A DNA stretch of 64,000 nt from Candidatus Poribacteria bacterium (GTDB taxonomy: Bacteria; Poribacteria; WGA-4E; WGA-3G), in assembly GCA_963667365.1 (NCBI GenBank), contig OY763324.1, positions 534,433-598,432 on the forward strand, read 5' to 3'. Numbering within the stretch: position 1 is the first letter of the stretch; every line of letters starts with the position of its first letter. Of the stretch, positions 51,224-60,355 are shown piece after piece. The notes beneath the pieces are model-generated. The model made no database searches. It saw nothing but the letters and a program-made list of their open reading frames with translations, and was not told the origin of the DNA. The translations under genes and the position numbers were made by a program.

Positions 51224-54010
51224 TTATACTGTACCGGACCTTCTTTTTGCTGCCAACAATCGCGTCATTGTACCTTCAGCTGGTTGTGCAGTTTCATGCG
51301 TTTCCTTTTCCTCAACGACTTCCCGTAAGGGAACATCTTCCACCTGTGCATGGATATCTGGATTAGAAATTGTAGCAATGTTGTCTTTTTTTTGTGTGAG
51401 ACGGGTTAATGTATCAGGTATAACCGTTTCAGATTTTCTACGAAACTGCGCGCGGAGTTCAGCAAAATATCCACTCGCTATGCTAAAACGACGGAGAATC
51501 ATTTCCAAAACAAACAACACAACCGCAATAATTAATAACGATTGGGATAATGATTTACGTTCTTCAGTTGGAATACCTGCTGACTTAGAAATCTGAGTTA
51601 TAGTTGGTTGATAAATTCCTCCCGTAGTTTCGGATAGTCTCTTTAGTAAATCTTGATTAACATCAAAAACTGCATATTCTGCAGGATAGGAAAGCGAAAT
51701 TGTCTCTGTCTGCCTGCTTTCATCGTCCTCACGTTTTGCGGTGACAATATAGGAACCGCTATCGTTTATCTGAAATGTCCCAACGTAACGGGTTGCACTC
51801 TGCTGCTGCATCTGAACAGATTGACTCGCACTCATTGGACCGGCAACTTGTACCGTATAGGATGTAGGTGATGCATGTTGCGTATCAATGACAACTTCCG
51901 CGCTTCCATTACGCGATGAAACGATTAGATCGAAATCCGCGCCTATGCCTTCAGTCGGCAAAGTCCAATTGACAACTTGTCCCCAAAACTTACCAAAGTT
52001 TGCCCACGAAATCCATTCTTTGCTCCACGAAGGTTTGACATCCGATGTCCATGCGACAGATTTTCCCAATCCGTAATTCCAAGCGGCAAGTATAGGTTCT
52101 TCTTTATGTGATTTAATGAAAACCTGTGCTGCTGTTTTTTCTGCTGAAGCAACATATCCGTCAAGCAAAGGTAATGCACTGATACCTTCTAACATTTGTG
52201 TTGTTTGGTTGACTATTTTGGGTTGGAACTGTTCCTGGACAATATAGTTTTGCGTTTCTCTGACGGCATCCATCAATACCTCTGGCAATTCTTGTATATT
52301 CTTAACAGGAACTGTTCTCCCAACACCTGCATCCTCAATATCCTTTAGCAGTATTGTGTCAGCATCTCCAATGCCAATTACGGTAAGACCGATTCGTGCG
52401 TCAGTCAGATTTTTCGCTTTCGTAACAAATCCAGCACGGTCTCCACCAGACTTAACGTCCGACAATAAAATGATATGTTTCCGTTTTACATCAGCAGCTT
52501 GGAGGATCTGACCAGCCTTTTCAATTGCTTCTGTCATTGCAGTCGTACCCCCAGTTGGTTTAAGCCTACCAACTGCGTCAACCAGTACATCATGGTCAGA
52601 TGTGAGTGGTGATATATCACGTTGTTTTACGTCGAAACCCAAAATTGCTGCTTGATCTTCATCTTCCAAATTTCTGATACCCGCACGTATTGCCTCAATG
52701 GCAAGTTCAATCTTTTTCTGTGATCCAATATAGTTTGCCATGCTTCCTGAAGTATCAATAACAAACACAAGAGCAACAGACTCTTGTCGTTCACGCGGTG
52801 TCATTTCTACAGGAAGTACGCGTTCCAATGCAGTATCCGTGTATCCTCCCGGACCATAGGCACGGTCACCACCGATAACTACCAACCCGTGTCCAAGGTC
52901 ACGGACATAAGTCTCAATAGCTGTCAACTGTTCTGATGATAAAGTGTCAGCAGAAATGTTGCTAAGTATTAATACATCGTTATGTTGAAGCGTTACCAGT
53001 TCTGTGGGTATCTCTGTTGCAGGCAACATATTTACGGAAAACCCGTTCTCCTCAAGCACATTTTTTAGATTATCCGAATATTCCATATCCCCTTCTGCAT
53101 ATAGGATCTGGGGTTTGTCCACAGTTTGCACCACACCATACGCCTGATTATTTTCAAGGATTTCATCGGTGATGTTTAATTTTAATTGATATGTATGCGG
53201 AAGGTCTTCCCAAACCTGTTGTGTTGGCAGCGTTAACACATTTTTACCTTTTTCCAGAGTGAATTCCAGATCAGATATTGGAACATCGTTGTGGTATAGC
53301 GTAGCAGTTACTGTTGGAATGCTGCCGTCTGTGACAACGATTGCCTGTATGGTGAAGGACTGTCCCTTTCTAACCATATTCGGTAACAGAAGTTCCTGAA
53401 TCTGAATTGCATCTTCCACAGAATATAATGGAACAGTCAATATTTCTACATTACTTGCAGCAAACAACGGTAAATAATCTTCGACTGTGAAATTACCTGT
53501 GTTATGTATTCCATCGCTAAAAAGTACTATTCTTGGATGGTAATTGTCTGGTAGTAGGTCAAGTGTCTGCTTGAGAGTAATGAGAATATCAGTGCCACTC
53601 ACTTCAGCATTTGACTGAACCAAATCCGATGTTAACAACTGTTGCTCTTGCACTGGTCCCATCTCAATAAGGACAGATGGTTCCTGTGCAAAACAGATTA
53701 CCCCAAAGTAGTCAGTCTGTTTCAATTTTGCGATAGATGCGTTAATCTGATTAATTGCCTCTTCCTGTTGAGATGGTGCAATGCTATCTGATGTATCCAG
53801 TAGGAATGCTACAGCGAGCCGTTGTTCTTGGTGAGTATGTTGTAGATTGGCTAAGGCAAGGATAGCACATAAGAGTGCAGTGCATCTGAGAAGGAAGGTG
53901 GTGCGTTTTCGCCATTTGGCAGCAATCACACTTGTGCGTGACTGAATATAGATTAAAATGGGAATTACCGCGAGGAGGATTAAAAAGAGAGGTGAGCGGA
54001 AATCCAACAT
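51224..54010 (-). CDS. Membrane-anchored double-VWA protein with glutamine-amidotransferase-like domain
   Basis: BatA-like N-terminal TMs, MIDAS DTSDS and DTSGS, GLVVIGG...GGY, C-terminal TM. Confidence 0.85.
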   Translation of the reverse strand: MLDFRSPLFLILLAVIPILIYIQSRTSVIAAKWRKRTTFLLRCTALLCAILALANLQHTHQEQRLAVAFLLDTSDSIAPSQQEEAINQINASIAKLKQTDYFGVICFAQEPSVLIEMGPVQEQQLLTSDLVQSNAEVSGTDILITLKQTLDLLPDNYHPRIVLFSDGIHNTGNFTVEDYLPLFAASNVEILTVPLYSVEDAIQIQELLLPNMVRKGQSFTIQAIVVTDGSIPTVTATLYHNDVPISDLEFTLEKGKNVLTLPTQQVWEDLPHTYQLKLNITDEILENNQAYGVVQTVDKPQILYAEGDMEYSDNLKNVLEENGFSVNMLPATEIPTELVTLQHNDVLILSNISADTLSSEQLTAIETYVRDLGHGLVVIGGDRAYGPGGYTDTALERVLPVEMTPRERQESVALVFVIDTSGSMANYIGSQKKIELAIEAIRAGIRNLEDEDQAAILGFDVKQRDISPLTSDHDVLVDAVGRLKPTGGTTAMTEAIEKAGQILQAADVKRKHIILLSDVKSGGDRAGFVTKAKNLTDARIGLTVIGIGDADTILLKDIEDAGVGRTVPVKNIQELPEVLMDAVRETQNYIVQEQFQPKIVNQTTQMLEGISALPLLDGYVASAEKTAAQVFIKSHKEEPILAAWNYGLGKSVAWTSDVKPSWSKEWISWANFGKFWGQVVNWTLPTEGIGADFDLIVSSRNGSAEVVIDTQHASPTSYTVQVAGPMSASQSVQMQQQSATRYVGTFQINDSGSYIVTAKREDDESRQTETISLSYPAEYAVFDVNQDLLKRLSETTGGIYQPTITQISKSAGIPTEERKSLSQSLLIIAVVLFVLEMILRRFSIASGYFAELRAQFRRKSETVIPDTLTRLTQKKDNIATISNPDIHAQVEDVPLREVVEEKETHETAQPAEGTMTRLLAAKRRSGTV

Positions 54011-54068
54011 CTGTTAATTCTCCTGACGACCCCGCTATGAAGTAAGTCAAGTAGTTAATACCTGACTT

Positions 54069-55772
54069 TTATTGTTGGTGCAATTCTTCAAAATAGGCTT
54101 CAGAAACTTGGTGTTCAGCAGTGTGTGTCAAACCGTGCCGATTGCACAATGCAATATATTCAGCGATCAAGGTGCGGCGTCTTTTCGGTTCAATATCACC
54201 ACCTGCTACCAACATTGCTTTATAAGCAGGAATAGACGCTTTTTCTACGCGTGTCTGTACCTCAGAATTTTCTGCCAGTGCCAACGCTTCTTGAAAATAG
54301 TCAAACACACGTTGTGAACTCTCCGCATCTAATCCGACATCTTCTGGTGATGGGAAACACCTTGGGTGAAGGTTTCTCTCCTCAACGTTATCGTGGAGAA
54401 AAGTAATGTATTTCAAAATTGCTGGTGCTGCTGCTTTGTAATGCAAATGGACAAATTCAGTTAATATTGCTTGATCGTTGAGGCGTGGATTCCAGATGAG
54501 ATGTGATATTAGATAATTTCGCAAATCGGAGAATTCACCTGTTAACCCGTTGCCATTTGCCTGCATGAAAACACCTTTTGCATTGTTTTGTAAGAAGTAG
54601 CGGACATTTGGACCAATACTTCGTAAATTTGGAAAAGGCAAATCGTAGGATCGGAAGTTGGTGTTGTAATTCCAAATCCAGATGTCATTACAGATTTTCC
54701 CCCATGCGTTTGTATCTGCACAAAACGCCAGATTCTGTTCACAATCAGGATTATCAATTGCATGCAGCGTGCAGCATTCAATGCTACAGAGTTGAATTTG
54801 GACGTTATGACGAGGCTTAACTGTCTTAGGTGGTTTGCGTGTATACCAATATGCAAGTGTACCAACTTTGACATCCGGATGTGCTTTTTCAATGCGTTCT
54901 GCTACTGCGTTGACCAAGGTCAACTGTGAACCCATCGGAGTACCTTCAGTTTCGTTTAGTGCCTCACACGGTTCACATCTACAGTATGCGGCAGTATCTG
55001 CCTGACTGACGCTGATGTTCGCAACATTAGGATTGTCTGTGAGACGTTGAATTGCTGACTCTGCTGCTATTTCAATAACTTCTGGATTAGTGACACACAA
55101 CTGTGGTCCACCACCGTGCGTATTTGTATCACGTTTTCCTTCAACTAATGCGTAATACTCTGGATGACTTTCTCCGTACGTGCCGTAGGGAACGAGCACA
55201 TGAAATGAATGGTTGATGAGTTGTTGAGGGGTTTTCCCACCAAGTTTTTCAGCATCCGTGACTGTATTTACTTTTCGTTTCGCTGCAAATTCTGGGTGGT
55301 TTGAATTTTCACGATAGTAACTCCACCTGAATGAGAACGGTGGCGTATAGGTATAACTTCCACAAGGTATTTCCAGTTCTGAGGCATTCGGAATATGGGT
55401 ATTGTCAGCAGTTAGAAAACGGAGACCGACTATCTCTTCAAGGAACTGATACACAGCATATAGTACACCTCTTGATACGCCGCCACTCAGTTGGATTTGT
55501 TTTTTATTAACAGTGATACGGATCTCCTCATCATCCATTATATCAGATGCGTTAATAAAAATTTGCCCATCATACTTAGATGTGTTTTCGTCTGCATTTC
55601 CAAGTGGTAACGCCAATAGGGTTGCTTGATTAAACCATTTTTGGAATTCTTCGGCGGCATATCTTTCTGAAGCTGTAGCATCATCAGAGATGATAATTCG
55701 CCAATTCCGCATCACTGAGACCGACAAATTCGCACCAGATGATTGAAACACGAGTGTCTTGATAGTTGACAT
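54069..55772 (-). CDS. DUF4838 domain protein (glycoside-hydrolase-like)
   Basis: RGVLYAVYQFLE N-domain, HPEYYAL, QLCVTNP, GTLAY.YTR.PP. Confidence 0.8.
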   Translation of the reverse strand: MSTIKTLVFQSSGANLSVSVMRNWRIIISDDATASERYAAEEFQKWFNQATLLALPLGNADENTSKYDGQIFINASDIMDDEEIRITVNKKQIQLSGGVSRGVLYAVYQFLEEIVGLRFLTADNTHIPNASELEIPCGSYTYTPPFSFRWSYYRENSNHPEFAAKRKVNTVTDAEKLGGKTPQQLINHSFHVLVPYGTYGESHPEYYALVEGKRDTNTHGGGPQLCVTNPEVIEIAAESAIQRLTDNPNVANISVSQADTAAYCRCEPCEALNETEGTPMGSQLTLVNAVAERIEKAHPDVKVGTLAYWYTRKPPKTVKPRHNVQIQLCSIECCTLHAIDNPDCEQNLAFCADTNAWGKICNDIWIWNYNTNFRSYDLPFPNLRSIGPNVRYFLQNNAKGVFMQANGNGLTGEFSDLRNYLISHLIWNPRLNDQAILTEFVHLHYKAAAPAILKYITFLHDNVEERNLHPRCFPSPEDVGLDAESSQRVFDYFQEALALAENSEVQTRVEKASIPAYKAMLVAGGDIEPKRRRTLIAEYIALCNRHGLTHTAEHQVSEAYFEELHQQ

Positions 55773-55842
55773 AATCTTCTCCTCAATTCTGCCATGCAGC
55801 ATGTCTTTTTATTCGGCATCCGCATCTACCTGATATTTCTGT

Positions 55843-56202
55843 TTATTGAACATAATAAAGAAAACTATCGCGGCAATAACTGTTAAGACGAGTTGTCTGT
55901 TTCAAAGCGATGAGAAGGAAGACACCGCTGAGTATATGTGAGATCGAAGTGAATATTTGGTCGGGCATCAATCGGTCTGCAACCCAACCGGCTTTGATAG
56001 GAGAAATAATTGAACCGATAGCAGTTGTGCCAAAAACATAACTTATCTGTTTACCAGTGAACCCAAGATTATCCATGTGACCGGCAATGAGAACTGTCCA
56101 CGCACCCCATATAGTGAATTGCAGAAACATCATTCCCGACAAACGAGAAAAGGTAAATATCTCTGATGCTCTTTTTGTCATGACTATCTCCGTGCTTATC
56201 AA
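55843..56202 (-). pseudogene. Truncated MFS nucleoside:H+ symporter (NupG/XapB-like) fragment
   Basis: RLSGMMFLQFTIWGAW...GWVADR matches the family N-terminus but stops after about 3 TMs (119 aa vs about 400). Confidence 0.7.
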
Positions 56203-56232
56203 CTTCGGAGTTTCACTTCTAAGTTCTTACCC

Positions 56233-57279
56233 TTAAATCCAGTTTTCAATCGGTTCAGTTGACTTGACGATATGTACTCCTTCATCCGAAAATCTTGCAA
56301 AAGCTGCATCTGCCGACTCTGTATAGTCCACTACACCAGGGACAACGACTGGAGAGGTTAGGTCTTCCATCAGATATATTTTCTCCGCAAATGTTGTATC
56401 CGTTTGCTGAATTTCTTTGAGTAGGTCACTTACCGTCCAAGCAACACAGTGGCTCTTTGCCTGTCCTGCTATAATCACGCGATCATACGTTAAAAGCCTT
56501 TGCAGTAAGTCCGTTTTCTCTTGATCAATTGGGTTTTCTTCTGCATCATTAACTACTTCTGGTCGAAGTACAGAGTAGTTTTCTGTCAACGGGTTACGTC
56601 CCTTGGTTTCATATTCCGTTTGGCTATTACGGGCAATTGCATGGAAAAAGCACGTTTCATCAACAGCAGAAACAACAGCATGTCCAATTCCTCCGATCAT
56701 AGCGTGGTAGGGCCATATCGTGAGCGGATACTTACCTTCAGAGGTAAGTGTTTTGACATAATGTTCGCTATATTCCTTGAGCCATGTATACTGATTAGCA
56801 TTTCCCTTCAAACTGTCAACAACGGCAGGATTGACGTGCCATCTTCCTGTTTCTATATCCTCTTGCGTAATGAGGGTCTGTAAGGGAACGGGGTTCTCGC
56901 CTGCATCATTAATCCAAAAGATTTCGTGGAATATCTGCATAGCAGTATGTGTATCCAAAGTGCATACGATTTTACTGATATGCGGAAGGTTACGATAGAT
57001 GAATTGACATAAACGCACATTATCCTCTACAGCACCCGTTCCTGACCTACCACCCACGAAAAGTTCAAAATCTGGCATACAGAACGTATTTTGGACATCA
57101 ACAAGCAGCAAACATGTCCGCACAGAATCCTCGGAAGCAGGTGCAATGTCGTATTCTTGTGCCCATGCACGAGCATCATGCAGCCGATCTTGATATGGAA
57201 TACGCCAAACCTGTCCGACCTTAGCCGAATCGAAATGCTCAGGAATCGGAATTTGGGATGTTGAAGAAATGTCACTCAC
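56233..57279 (-). CDS. Isochorismatase/nicotinamidase-like cysteine hydrolase
   Basis: LLVDVQNTF, TLDTH, WPYHA, GQAKSHCV. Confidence 0.85.
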   Translation of the reverse strand: MSDISSTSQIPIPEHFDSAKVGQVWRIPYQDRLHDARAWAQEYDIAPASEDSVRTCLLLVDVQNTFCMPDFELFVGGRSGTGAVEDNVRLCQFIYRNLPHISKIVCTLDTHTAMQIFHEIFWINDAGENPVPLQTLITQEDIETGRWHVNPAVVDSLKGNANQYTWLKEYSEHYVKTLTSEGKYPLTIWPYHAMIGGIGHAVVSAVDETCFFHAIARNSQTEYETKGRNPLTENYSVLRPEVVNDAEENPIDQEKTDLLQRLLTYDRVIIAGQAKSHCVAWTVSDLLKEIQQTDTTFAEKIYLMEDLTSPVVVPGVVDYTESADAAFARFSDEGVHIVKSTEPIENWI

Positions 57280-57715
57280 TTTTCTATCCTTTACAGATTA
57301 AATGCGTCTAATGTATATCACAATGCAAAATAGTGTTTTTACTATCTTTTTTTATACCAAATAGTCTATTATATGTAACGAGGATGAAAAAGGTGTGCTC
57401 GGTATAATTTATAGAGTTTTCAATTATTAGTATAAGGATAACCGCAGCCCGTAGTACATGAATTGTCGTTATTTTATAGCACATAACTTTTTTTTACAAC
57501 AAAAAACGGGGTTAACCTGTCTAATAATGTAGTTACTTAATCAGGTGTTTCGACATTTTTTGAAAAACATGAATTCTTTTACAGATTCTTTCGTTACTAA
57601 ATTTGTTGGGATTGCGTTTGTCATGTAGAATTGTTGTTAAACGACATATTATGTCAAACATACTCTTTGATTTGATACGCATTCCACACAGTATAAAGAG
57701 GCATAGAGATTAATT

Positions 57716-58327
57716 ATGCGACGATCAAGAAAACGGAGACCAGAATTAGACGAAAAACTTGCTAAGGTTAATCAACAGGTACGTGAAGCTCGCGGTCGTT
57801 TACGATGGCAAGTTCGTCAAGCACTTGTACCACTTAATATACAAGAGAATAAAGGTATCTCTAAATTGAGCGGTCAAGTTTTGATTGTTACCTATAATGA
57901 TGATTTGCAAGAGAGAATAAGAGGTGTTCTTGAATCAGAAAGTTATAAGTGTGATGTCGCTGAAGGAAGTTCAAGAGCAGTCGGCATGCTAAGGTTGGCA
58001 AAATATCAGCTGATTATTGTAGACTTCACCCGATACCGACGTTCCAACGTCTTTTCTTATGTCAGAAGGTATCAACCTCACATCAAAATTATTTCCATTG
58101 TTCCGGATGAAGGCAGAGCACGTGAGATGATGAGATTGGGAAGTTACAGTTTCTTAGTAGGACGTAATTTTGATACAGAACAGCTGCGAACCTGTCTGAT
58201 TAGTTCTTTAAGGATGGGACATAGCGTTTGCTCATTACAGGCACACGGGGAACGATGTAATCGCTCCTGTGTCAATAGTTATCAAACTGAAGAAGATATC
58301 ATGCATTTTGATAATATACAGGATTAG
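57716..58327 (+). CDS. Atypical receiver-domain protein
   Basis: VLIV...LIIVD...IISI...GSYSFL receiver topology; basic N-terminal extension. Confidence 0.65.
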   Translation: MRRSRKRRPELDEKLAKVNQQVREARGRLRWQVRQALVPLNIQENKGISKLSGQVLIVTYNDDLQERIRGVLESESYKCDVAEGSSRAVGMLRLAKYQLIIVDFTRYRRSNVFSYVRRYQPHIKIISIVPDEGRAREMMRLGSYSFLVGRNFDTEQLRTCLISSLRMGHSVCSLQAHGERCNRSCVNSYQTEEDIMHFDNIQD

Positions 58328-58354
58328 AATTCAAAAACACATTTAAATCGTATA

Positions 58355-58867
58355 ATGGCAAAAAACTTAGAGTTCAAAGTGAGGTGCAAATCCCTTGATT
58401 CGCTTCTGCCCAAGTTAGCAGATTTGAAGGCAACACACCGTGAAATTATTCACCAAGTGGATACCTATTTCCACAACCCGAAAGGCAGGTTAAAACTACG
58501 CGAATCAGAGGGATCCGATGAAGGTTGGCTTATCTACTATGAACGTCCAAATGAATTAGAATCTCGCTATAGTATATATCAACTATGCTCAACCTCTGAA
58601 CCAACGGCACTAAAAGAACTTTTGACTGCTGCGTTGGGTATAAAGACAATCGTGAAAAAACAGAGATCGCTATGGATGTTCCAAAATACCAGAATCCACC
58701 TTGATACTGTTGATGATTTAGGTGAATTTGTTGAATTGGAAACGGTATTTCAAGGACAAACTGAAGCAGAAGCAAAGAAAGAACATCAACACGTTAAAAC
58801 TACACTTGAATTAAACTCGGCAGAACCGATTGCTGTTTCATACAGTGAACTGCCAAAACAAAAGTAA
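58355..58867 (+). CDS. CYTH domain protein (class IV adenylate cyclase-like)
   Basis: LEFK, QVDTYF, LKLR, VKKQR, IHLD.V..LGEFVELE, SYSEL. Confidence 0.9.
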   Translation: MAKNLEFKVRCKSLDSLLPKLADLKATHREIIHQVDTYFHNPKGRLKLRESEGSDEGWLIYYERPNELESRYSIYQLCSTSEPTALKELLTAALGIKTIVKKQRSLWMFQNTRIHLDTVDDLGEFVELETVFQGQTEAEAKKEHQHVKTTLELNSAEPIAVSYSELPKQK

Positions 58868-58919
58868 TAAAGAAAACAGACACAATTTAACCGCGCATGG
58901 CAGAATTGGAGACAAAACT

Positions 58920-59147
58920 ATGGACTATTCACGATATCGTAAAATCATAGAATCTGAAAATGAAATGGATAGTACTAAAAGAAAAGAATTGCTGAGCATA
59001 TATCTGAAAACCCCATCATTGCCGCAGTTGCAAGCTGCCCGCGCATTGTTAATTGAGATTAAAGCTAAATTAAATCGCTGTGAGACTTCCAAGAAGAAGT
59101 GCTTGAAAGCAATTCGGCATATGCTGTATAAGAAGCGTTCAGTATAG
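58920..59147 (+). CDS. Small basic hypothetical protein
   Basis: ATG 58920 after GGAGA RBS; 75 aa. Confidence 0.55.
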   Translation: MDYSRYRKIIESENEMDSTKRKELLSIYLKTPSLPQLQAARALLIEIKAKLNRCETSKKKCLKAIRHMLYKKRSV

Positions 59148-59267
59148 AAGGTTCAGTATCCCCGCAAACCTACAAATGCCAATTGTTATCTGAACCGGAA
59201 TTTTCAATATTTTTCCAGTTCCTGATTTTCATTTATAGTAAATATACAAATAAGTTGACCCATCTTC

Positions 59268-59315
59268 TGTAGGCGGGGAATGCCTAAATGGCATTCCCCA
59301 GAGTTCCTTCCTACA
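59268..59315. repeat. REP-like nested palindrome / bidirectional terminator
   Basis: tgtagg...ggggaatgcc-taaat-ggcattcccc...cctaca between convergent genes. Confidence 0.55.
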
Positions 59316-59407
59316 TCTAACAGTGTCAAAGTAATACTAAAACCCACTATAATATCCCTGCTCTATTGACATCTATGAGTTGAACGAAGCGGGTACCGAT
59401 ATAAGGA

Positions 59408-60355
59408 TTATAGACGTGAAAGAACGGATTGCACCAAAAGCGGTATCATCAACTCGTGATGTCCCGTGAAAGAATAACCTTTCCCTCCCATCTCTGTCGG
59501 TCGTTTAACGACATTCTCTGCAGGACGATATTGCTGTATCATATCAAAATCGGCAGCAGTGAAGTGAGACACCGTATGTCCCAAATTCCGAGCAACCGTT
59601 ATAGCCTTCAGAAAAACCTCAGGCAAAATCACAGCTGAACCGAGATTTAGTACAACCCCACCATCTTCCAACTCCGTAACAAGTTGTGTTAGCAAACGGA
59701 AATCGGTAAAACTCGCCTCGCCAATGGCAGCGCCGTCCGCTGATGGGTGTTGATGAATAATATCCGTCCCAATTGCAACATGCACAGTAATCGGAATATC
59801 AAGTCGAATACCTGCGGCAAGAAGACTTGACTCGTTGTATGGTGCGTCAATTTCTATCAACTTCTTACCCAATGCTTCTCCCATTCCTATACCTGTATCC
59901 GCAGCATTTTGGATCGCATCGTTCATCAGTTTTCCTGTCTCTTCCCACATCCCAAATTGTCCTGTCTGCAGATAGACAGAGACATCTTCAGATGTCTCTC
60001 CGATAAGCGCAATCTCAAAATCATGAATGCTGCTTGCCCCATTAAATGCGAAACCAGTAATAACCCCACATTCTATCAGTGCGATTAAATGTGGTGATAA
60101 ACCGCACTTGATGACATGTCCACCCATCATTACTATAACAGCCTTTTTTCGTTTATATGCTGTAACGATCTTGTCAATAAATTCTATGAAGTCTGTTCCT
60201 TTGAGTATCTTAGGAAGTGAATCTAAAAGCGGAGATAAATCAACTTGTGAGTCTGGAAGTGTTGCAAAATCCTTAACAGAAACTTTGTTGATCCGATCTT
60301 TAAGTGGATACGTTTTTACATTAGACATGTCAATTGGTTTCAAGTCTTTTTTCAT
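59408..60355 (-). CDS. Deoxyhypusine-synthase-like protein (GSU2086-like family)
   Basis: MGGHVIKCG, NGASSIHDFE, GTDIIHQHP, GSAVILPEVFLKA, GHHELMIP. Confidence 0.7.
   Translation of the reverse strand: MKKDLKPIDMSNVKTYPLKDRINKVSVKDFATLPDSQVDLSPLLDSLPKILKGTDFIEFIDKIVTAYKRKKAVIVMMGGHVIKCGLSPHLIALIECGVITGFAFNGASSIHDFEIALIGETSEDVSVYLQTGQFGMWEETGKLMNDAIQNAADTGIGMGEALGKKLIEIDAPYNESSLLAAGIRLDIPITVHVAIGTDIIHQHPSADGAAIGEASFTDFRLLTQLVTELEDGGVVLNLGSAVILPEVFLKAITVARNLGHTVSHFTAADFDMIQQYRPAENVVKRPTEMGGKGYSFTGHHELMIPLLVQSVLSRL

Noticed and set aside
57280-57715. Possible ncRNA or riboswitch in the long intergenic region
   Set aside because: AT-rich divergent promoter region with no convincing stems or recognisable riboswitch core by eye; an Rfam scan would be needed
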